Part shown: positions 57,971 through 64,000 of the stretch, piece after piece
How the letters are laid out: the number at the start of each line of letters is the position of its first letter
Position numbering within the stretch: position 1 is the first letter of the stretch
Source: an uncultured Clostridium sp.
Lineage (GTDB): Bacteria; Bacillota; Clostridia; TANB77; CAG-508
Length of the DNA stretch: 64,000 nt
Assembly (NCBI GenBank): GCA_947064765.1
Contig: CAMSWH010000004.1
Location: forward strand, 1,782 to 65,781
Direction of reading: 5' to 3'
Translations under genes and position numbers: made by a program
The notes under the pieces: generated by a model
The model's database searches: none
Seen by the model: only the letters and a program-made list of their open reading frames with translations
Told to the model about the DNA's origin: nothing

Positions 57971-59161
57971 ATGAATGAAAATAAATTAACAAAAAAAGAA
58001 TGCGGGAGAATAGATAGTGCATTAAAACAATCAAGATTAGACTTATTTGATGTAGATGGAAATTTAAAATCAAAAGAATTAAGAGAAAAGATATGTACAT
58101 CTATGGATAGATGTACATCAGATATAAAAAGAGCTTTAGATGTATTTTTATGTTCAACAACAACAAATCCAGAATATAGAAAATTATTTAAAACAATAGA
58201 TTCTAAAGGAGTAGAAAATATTTCTGGAATATGTAGTAAATTAGAAAGAAAACCAGATGCTTTAAATGAAACTGTAATAAGAACAGTTTTTGGAGGAACA
58301 GAAAAAATGCCATTTAGAGCATTTGTATATTTATTACCAGCATTAAATATGTGTGAGGAATTATTAGAAAGTGGAAGCAATGATATTCCAAATATAGAAT
58401 ACTTTTTCATGAATGGTGCAGGGATAGTAACAAATGCACTTGATCCAGAAATAGCAAATGTAGAATCAGCAGAATTTATAAAAATTGCACAAAAATATAT
58501 TGAAGAATATCATCCAAGATTAAAAGATAAGGTAAATTTTTATACAGATTTAACATTTTCAACTGGTATAATAGGAACACCAGAATATAGACAAATGTAT
58601 GAAACATTAGAAAAAAAATTAGGATTTGAATCAGATTTAAAAACAGGTTTATTAGAAATGGGAGAAAGAAGAAAAAAAGCAGAAAATTCTATAAAATATG
58701 CAGCAATACATAGTTTTGTGCATGATGGATACATAGATTCAGAAGTTGCAAAAATGTCTAACTTTTTTGGAGAAAGTGAGCCAAAAGAATATGATACTAT
58801 TATATCTATTGGTGCAAAACCAGAAGAGAAGTTTTATAGAGCTAGAAAATTATTAGCAGAAGAAGTTAAAACAATTTCTTATTTTACACCAAAAGATACA
58901 GTTCAATATATTGCTAATATAAATGTACCACCATATTCACCACTTTCTGAAGGAGAGTTATATTTAAAAGATGTTATTAAAAATCCAAAATTGATAATGG
59001 AAGCGGTAAAAGTGTCACAAGGGGAGCATAGTGAATATCAAACTCCAGTTCAAAAAGCAGTAGAAAGCATATTAGATGATGTAGCACAAGCAGATAGTTA
59101 TAAAAGTATTATAGAGTTTATTGAAGAATATAAAAATTTAAATCAAAATAGGCAAAAGTAA
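57971..59161 (+). CDS. hypothetical soluble protein (396 aa), first gene behind the Trp T-box
   Basis: GGAGGT SD 7 nt upstream. No family recognised. Confidence 0.65.
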   Translation: MNENKLTKKECGRIDSALKQSRLDLFDVDGNLKSKELREKICTSMDRCTSDIKRALDVFLCSTTTNPEYRKLFKTIDSKGVENISGICSKLERKPDALNETVIRTVFGGTEKMPFRAFVYLLPALNMCEELLESGSNDIPNIEYFFMNGAGIVTNALDPEIANVESAEFIKIAQKYIEEYHPRLKDKVNFYTDLTFSTGIIGTPEYRQMYETLEKKLGFESDLKTGLLEMGERRKKAENSIKYAAIHSFVHDGYIDSEVAKMSNFFGESEPKEYDTIISIGAKPEEKFYRARKLLAEEVKTISYFTPKDTVQYIANINVPPYSPLSEGELYLKDVIKNPKLIMEAVKVSQGEHSEYQTPVQKAVESILDDVAQADSYKSIIEFIEEYKNLNQNRQK

Positions 59162-59196
59162 AGAATTAAGGGTAATTTTAAAAGGAGATGAATTTA

Positions 59197-60288
59197 ATGA
59201 TAGATAAATATTATAAAGAATTTAAAGTAAGAGATTATATGGATGAAGAGGGATTAAGTAATAGTTTAAGAAAAGATATTATAGATTGTTCATTAGGAAC
59301 TAATCCATTTATTGAAGAGGATTTAATAACTAAGTATTTAACAGAAAGTATATGTGAGATAAATAAATATCCATCTGTGCAGTATGAATTATTAAAAAAA
59401 GAGTTACTTAAATTTTATAAAGATGTGTTATGTGAAGGTGTAGACAAAGATAATATAGCTTTTGGAGCAGGAACAATGGGAACAATAAGAAATCTTGGAC
59501 AATTCTTAATGAGAGATGGTAAAAAGGTACTAGGATGTGCACCACAATTTCCAAGATTTATATCAGAAGTTGAATTACAAAAAGGAATATATGAGTATTA
59601 TACATTGGAAAAAAAGAATAACTATAAATTTATAACAGAAGATTTTATCAAAATGATAGATAGTAGTTATGATGTAATATCAATAGAAAATCCTAATAAT
59701 CCTACTGGTCAAGTTATAGATATTAAAAATATTGAGAAAATTGTAGCTAAAGCAAAAGAAAATAATATTATTGTTTTAATAGATGAAGCATATGGAGATT
59801 ATATGCCTAAAGGTAATTCAGCAATAACATTAGTAAATAAATATAATAATATTGTAGTTATAAGAAGTGCATCAAAGTTTTATGGATTACCAAATCATAG
59901 AGTAGGTTATATGTTTGCTGATAAAGAATTAATAAAAGTATATAATGAAATTGCAATGCCATTTCCATTTTCAGATTTATCTGCAAGTATATTTATTAAG
60001 GCTTTACAAAACGATAACAAGATAGAATATACTAAACCTATGATAGTTGAAGCAAAAGAGAGAATATGTAAAGCGATAAAAAAAGAAAACTATGTATACA
60101 CAAGTATGGATATACCGATTTTTACTATCAGATCAGATAAGTATGAAAATTTAACCCAAAAACTTATGGAAGATGGAATTATAGCTGAAAATTGTAGCTA
60201 TTTTATAAATTTAGATAGTACTTATGCAAGATTAAGAATAAATAAAGATTATGAAAAAATAATAGAAATTTTAACTAGAATACTTTAA
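59197..60288 (+). CDS. class I/II PLP aminotransferase (HisC/aromatic type)
   Basis: NPNNPTG, DEAYGDY, and the PLP lysine context RSASKFYGLPNHRVGY. ORF opens at 59188, and ATG 59197 is better spaced from the SD. Confidence 0.8.
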   Translation: MIDKYYKEFKVRDYMDEEGLSNSLRKDIIDCSLGTNPFIEEDLITKYLTESICEINKYPSVQYELLKKELLKFYKDVLCEGVDKDNIAFGAGTMGTIRNLGQFLMRDGKKVLGCAPQFPRFISEVELQKGIYEYYTLEKKNNYKFITEDFIKMIDSSYDVISIENPNNPTGQVIDIKNIEKIVAKAKENNIIVLIDEAYGDYMPKGNSAITLVNKYNNIVVIRSASKFYGLPNHRVGYMFADKELIKVYNEIAMPFPFSDLSASIFIKALQNDNKIEYTKPMIVEAKERICKAIKKENYVYTSMDIPIFTIRSDKYENLTQKLMEDGIIAENCSYFINLDSTYARLRINKDYEKIIEILTRIL

Positions 60289-60338
60289 TTATTTTACTAG
60301 AAAAAATGCAGTAAGTCTAATAGAGAATAAAATAAATG

Positions 60339-60367
60339 TTGACATTTAAAAAAAATCATGTTACCAT
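60339..60367 (+). promoter_or_regulatory. sigma-A promoter candidate for the riboswitch transcript
   Basis: TTGACA (60339-44), 17 nt, TG-n-TACCAT (60359-67). Confidence 0.45.
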
Positions 60368-60397
60368 ATTAACAATTAAATATTTTGTCATGAAAAT

Positions 60398-60560
60398 GAT
60401 GATAGAGGTCGCGATATTTAAGAGTAAAATATATTTTAGAATTAGGCTCTTTAAATATTTGAAAGGAAATATCGCCGAAGTGGTATTTAAAGCCTAAGTA
60501 AATACTGCTGGGACATTGCAAAATATGTAATGGACTGTCACTTATGTGGAGCGCTATCTA
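60398..60560 (+). promoter_or_regulatory. lysine riboswitch (L-box)
   Basis: Conserved blocks AGAGGTCGCG (60404-13), AGAGTA, TTGAAAGG, CGCCGAAG (60473-80), CTGCTGGG, ACTGTCA (60534-40) and TGGAGCGCTATC (60547-58). Confidence 0.85.
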
Positions 60561-60620
60561 ATATACGATAAATATGTAAATAATAAGATATCTTATTATA
60601 ATAAATTTTATTGAATATTT

Positions 60621-60651
60621 GGCCATGTATGTTCCCATACATGGTCTTTTT
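60621..60651 (+). terminator. riboswitch expression-platform terminator
   Basis: GGCCATGTATG / CATACATGGTC stem followed by TTTTT. Confidence 0.8.
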
Positions 60652-60701
60652 GATTATATAGCTTCCTTAAATGACAAGATATAAAAAAAGGAGGTATTTA
60701 T

Positions 60702-61550
60702 ATGAACAAAAAAGTAATTATTGGAATTATTGCAATAATAGTAATTGCAATAATAGGAGTACTTTATTTTAACAATTCAAACGAAGGAGAAAAAAATGAA
60801 AGAGGAGTTTTACGTGTAGGAATGGAATGTGCATATGCACCATACAACTGGTCACAAGCAGACACATCTAATGGAGCAGTTCCTATTAAAGGGAGTGATA
60901 GCTATGCATATGGATATGATGTAATAATGGCTAAAAAATTAGCAGAATCACTTGATTTAGATTTAGAAATTTATCAAATTGATTGGGATAGCTTACCATT
61001 AGCACTTCAATCTAATACAATAGATTGTGTTATAGCAGGTCAATCTATTACATCAGAAAGATTACAGACAGTTGACTTTTCAGAACCATATTATTATGCA
61101 TCAATTGTAGCATTAACAAATTCAGATAGTATATATGCACAAGCAACAGGAATATCAGATTTAGAAGGGGCAACTTGTACATCACAAATTAATACTTGTT
61201 GGTATGATACATGTTTACCACAAATAAATAATGCCAATATACTACCAGCAATGGATACAGCACCTAATATGCTTGTAGCTTTAAATTCAAGAACAGTTGA
61301 TTTAGTAGTAACAGATATGCCAACAGCAATGGCAGCTGTAGAAGTGTATCCAAATATGAAGATTTTAAATTTTACAGATACAAAGGAAAATTTTAATGTA
61401 TCAGAAGAGGAAATTAACATAGGGATCTCTGTAAGAAAGGGAAATACTGAATTGGTAGAAAAAATAAATAACTTTTTAAAAGATTATACAGCTATAGATT
61501 TTGAAAATATGATGAATCAAGCAATAAAGGTTCAACCATTATCAGAATAA
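60702..61550 (+). CDS. amino-acid ABC transporter substrate-binding protein (family 3), membrane-anchored
   Basis: N-terminal TM segment, then LRVGMECAYAPYNW and DCVIAGQSIT blocks. Confidence 0.8.
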   Translation: MNKKVIIGIIAIIVIAIIGVLYFNNSNEGEKNERGVLRVGMECAYAPYNWSQADTSNGAVPIKGSDSYAYGYDVIMAKKLAESLDLDLEIYQIDWDSLPLALQSNTIDCVIAGQSITSERLQTVDFSEPYYYASIVALTNSDSIYAQATGISDLEGATCTSQINTCWYDTCLPQINNANILPAMDTAPNMLVALNSRTVDLVVTDMPTAMAAVEVYPNMKILNFTDTKENFNVSEEEINIGISVRKGNTELVEKINNFLKDYTAIDFENMMNQAIKVQPLSE

Positions 61551-61572
61551 TAAAAAGATAGGGGGATTTTTA

Positions 61573-62382
61573 ATGGGTAAACTACCAGAGGATTTCTTTG
61601 GAAGGATTATATTTATATTACAAAAATACGGATCCACTATGTTAAATGGAGCAAAAACTACTCTAATAATTGCAATAATAGGAACAATTATAGGTTGTTT
61701 AATTGGATTTTTTGTTGGTACTATTCAAAGTATACCAATAAATAAAAAAGATAACATTTTTAAGAAAGTATTATTAAAATTTGTAAAAATAATTTTAAAT
61801 ATCTATGTGGAAGTTTTTCGTGGTACACCAATGATGGCACAAGCAATGTTTATATTTTATGGTTCAGCTATATTATTTAATTTACATATGGATATGTGGA
61901 GTGCAGCATATTTTATAGTATCAATAAATACAGGTGCATATATGGCTGAAACTGTAAGAGGTGGAATTCTATCTATTTCAGAAGGTCAAATAGAAGGAGC
62001 AAAAGCAATTGGAATGACACATTTTCAAACAATGTTGTATGTTATAATGCCACAAGCTTTAAGAAATATAATGCCACAGATTGGTAATAATTTAATTATT
62101 AATATAAAAGATACTTGTGTACTTTCATCAATAGGAGTTGTTGAATTATTCTTTGTCACAAAAACGGTGTCAGGGGCATATTACACGGTGTTTGAAGCAT
62201 ACACAATCACAATGATAATGTATTTAACTATGACAGTATTTTTCTCAAAATTACTTAGAGTTTTTGAAAATAAATTAAATGGACCAGAAGATTATTCTCT
62301 TTTAACAACAGACACTTTAGCATATACAAGTGGAATGTTAAAATATCCTGAAAAGGAGGCAAAAGAATGGGTGAAAAAATAA
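61573..62382 (+). CDS. amino-acid ABC transporter permease (HisM/GlnP type)
   Basis: FRGTP and the EAA-like [24 protein letters not shown]. Confidence 0.85.
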   Translation: MGKLPEDFFGRIIFILQKYGSTMLNGAKTTLIIAIIGTIIGCLIGFFVGTIQSIPINKKDNIFKKVLLKFVKIILNIYVEVFRGTPMMAQAMFIFYGSAILFNLHMDMWSAAYFIVSINTGAYMAETVRGGILSISEGQIEGAKAIGMTHFQTMLYVIMPQALRNIMPQIGNNLIINIKDTCVLSSIGVVELFFVTKTVSGAYYTVFEAYTITMIMYLTMTVFFSKLLRVFENKLNGPEDYSLLTTDTLAYTSGMLKYPEKEAKEWVKK

Positions 62383-63104
62383 TCAAAATAAAACATTTAA
62401 AAAAACAATTTGGAAAAAATGAAGTTTTAAAGGATATTAATTTTTCAGTAAAAAAAGGAGATGTAACTTGTATAATAGGGTCTTCTGGCTCAGGAAAATC
62501 AACACTTTTAAGATGTATAAATTTATTGGAAGAACCTTCTAGTGGAGAAATATTATATATAAATCAAAATGTATTAGATTCAAAAGATATACCAGCATAC
62601 AGAGCAAAAGTAGGAATGGTATTTCAAGGATTTAATTTATTTGATAATATGAATGTATTACAAAATTGTATGATAGGATTGACAAAGGTATTAAAAGAAG
62701 ATAAAAAACAAGCAGAAAAAGAAAGTTTATATTATTTAGAAAAAGTAGGAATGTTGCCATATATTAATGCTAAACCACGACAATTATCTGGCGGACAAAA
62801 ACAACGTGTTGCAATAGCACGAGCATTAGCAATGAAGCCAGATGTATTGTTATTTGATGAACCTACTTCTGCTTTAGATCCTCAGATGGTAAGTGAAGTT
62901 TTAAATGTAATAAAAGAACTAGCAAAAGAAGGATTTACAATGATAATAGTTACACATGAAATGGCTTTTGCAAGAGATGTTTCAAATCATGTTATATATA
63001 TGAAAGATGGTGTTATTTGTGAAGAAGGAACACCACAAGAAATATTTAATAATCCACAAAAAGAAGAAACTAAAAATTTTTTAGAAAGATTTATTAATTT
63101 ATAG
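62367..63104 (+). CDS. amino-acid ABC transporter ATPase (GlnQ type)
   Basis: Walker [10 protein letters not shown], signature LSGGQKQR, Walker [12 protein letters not shown]. Confidence 0.9.
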   Translation: MGEKIIKIKHLKKQFGKNEVLKDINFSVKKGDVTCIIGSSGSGKSTLLRCINLLEEPSSGEILYINQNVLDSKDIPAYRAKVGMVFQGFNLFDNMNVLQNCMIGLTKVLKEDKKQAEKESLYYLEKVGMLPYINAKPRQLSGGQKQRVAIARALAMKPDVLLFDEPTSALDPQMVSEVLNVIKELAKEGFTMIIVTHEMAFARDVSNHVIYMKDGVICEEGTPQEIFNNPQKEETKNFLERFINL

Positions 63105-63180
63105 TATATTAAAACATCATATTGAAAAATTATAGTAATTGACCCATAATTAGTGTATTTTTTCATAAGGCAATATTACA

Positions 63181-63203
63181 GGCAGGTAACTACCTGCCTT
63201 TTT
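63181..63203 (+). terminator. Rho-independent terminator
   Basis: GGCAGGTA / TACCTGCC stem followed by TTTTT. Confidence 0.85.
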
Positions 63204-63308
63204 ATATATCAAATTTGTATTTTTAACTGTGATATATGAATAAACTATTGATTAACAAACAAATAATATATATAATTTTATGTATAGATTTTGTATAAAG
63301 GAATGTGT

Positions 63309-64000
63309 ATGAAGAAAAAAATAATATTAATAGGAATAATTGTAGTAATTGCAATAATATTAGCAAAAGTGTTTATATTTTATGATAAATATAAAATGCC
63401 AAAAGGAGCAGAAATTAATATTTCTAATGAAGATATTGATGTATATGATGAGATCAATTTATATGATTTAATAAAAAATAATAATGTAGAGATATTAACA
63501 GAAGACGAACCTTTGGAGTATATGAATATTGGAGAGCATACAGTTACTATAGAATATAAATATAAGATGAAAAAATATGCTTATGATATAAAATATAATG
63601 TTGTTGATAATACAAAACCAATTTTTATTAATGTACCATCAACAAAAACATTATATGTTAATGAAGGAAATGAAGAATCATTAACTAAAAAAGTTAGTTA
63701 TGCAGATAATTATGATGCAAAGCCAGATTTAAAAATAGAAGGAAATGTAAATTTTAATGAGATTGGAACATATAAAATAAAATATATAATAACAGATCAG
63801 TCAGGAAATAAAGCGACAAAAGATACAGTAGTACAAGTAAAAGAAAAAGTAAAAAAAGAAGATTCTGAAAATAAAGAAGACGAGGAAGATGAAGAAGAAG
63901 ATTTTATTAGTATCGAAGAACAAATAGCAAATTATAAAACAGAAGATACAATGATTGGAATTGATATTTCAAAATGGCAAGGAGAAGTAGATTTCGAAAA
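63309..64000 (+). CDS. membrane-anchored cell-wall hydrolase, 5' part (Ig-like domain, acidic linker, start of a GH25 muramidase domain); runs off the window
   Basis: Stop-free from ATG 63309 to the window end. N-terminal TM segment, GTYKIKYIITDQSGNKATKDTVVQV, then GIDISKWQGEVDF, which is typical of a GH25 N-terminus. Not in the ORF track. Confidence 0.65.
   Translation, partial: MKKKIILIGIIVVIAIILAKVFIFYDKYKMPKGAEINISNEDIDVYDEINLYDLIKNNNVEILTEDEPLEYMNIGEHTVTIEYKYKMKKYAYDIKYNVVDNTKPIFINVPSTKTLYVNEGNEESLTKKVSYADNYDAKPDLKIEGNVNFNEIGTYKIKYIITDQSGNKATKDTVVQVKEKVKKEDSENKEDEEDEEEDFISIEEQIANYKTEDTMIGIDISKWQGEVDFE

Noticed and set aside
58751-58762. The KMSN tetrapeptide in the 396-aa T-box-regulated protein, as a degenerate KMSKS loop of a class I tRNA synthetase (TrpRS-like).
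   Set aside because: There is no HIGH/TIGN-type motif at a compatible distance (only a vague NGAGIVTN about 110 residues upstream). There is also no collinearity with TrpRS that I can see. The idea is left for structure-based testing only.

Overview
This is a very AT-rich, Firmicutes (Clostridia-like) chromosomal segment. It is almost fully coding and mostly on the + strand. Recognisable housekeeping genes are purA, a frameshifted purB, a CaCA antiporter, an M16 peptidase pair, lgt, an ECF sigma/anti-sigma pair, a NUDIX-MscS-patatin run, a cytoplasmic alpha-amylase, an SDR, cutA, def, an M14/LysM cell-wall endopeptidase, hslO, a dGTPase-like HD protein, rsmA, a four-subunit 2-oxoacid:ferredoxin oxidoreductase (gamma-delta-alpha-beta), minD-minE-rodA, dusB, mazF, asnS, a nitroreductase and an amino-acid ABC transporter. 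Two riboswitch-class leaders can be read directly. One is a T-box with a UGG (Trp) specifier in front of an unknown 396-aa protein plus an aminotransferase. The other is an L-box (lysine) riboswitch in front of the ABC transporter. I saw no rRNA, tRNA, CRISPR array, integrase or transposase. The backbone is punctuated by five visibly GC-richer one- or two-gene islets, each with its own GC-rich terminator: a GNAT, a secreted protein, an unknown protein with an acidic linker, a tandem RyR-domain protein, and a duplicated pair of small helical proteins. Other candidates for undescribed biology are a four-gene operon ending in a repeat-built 565-aa protein, an HD / Ppx-GppA-like / HD / CutA cluster behind a tandemly repeated leader, an MBL hydrolase plus a PD-(D/E)xK-like protein, a MinE with a 165-aa acidic tail and no adjacent MinC, a Spo0A_C regulator with a degenerate receiver, and an orphan MazF toxin and an orphan Phd antitoxin. 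All functional calls rest on motif recognition by eye. No database search was run.
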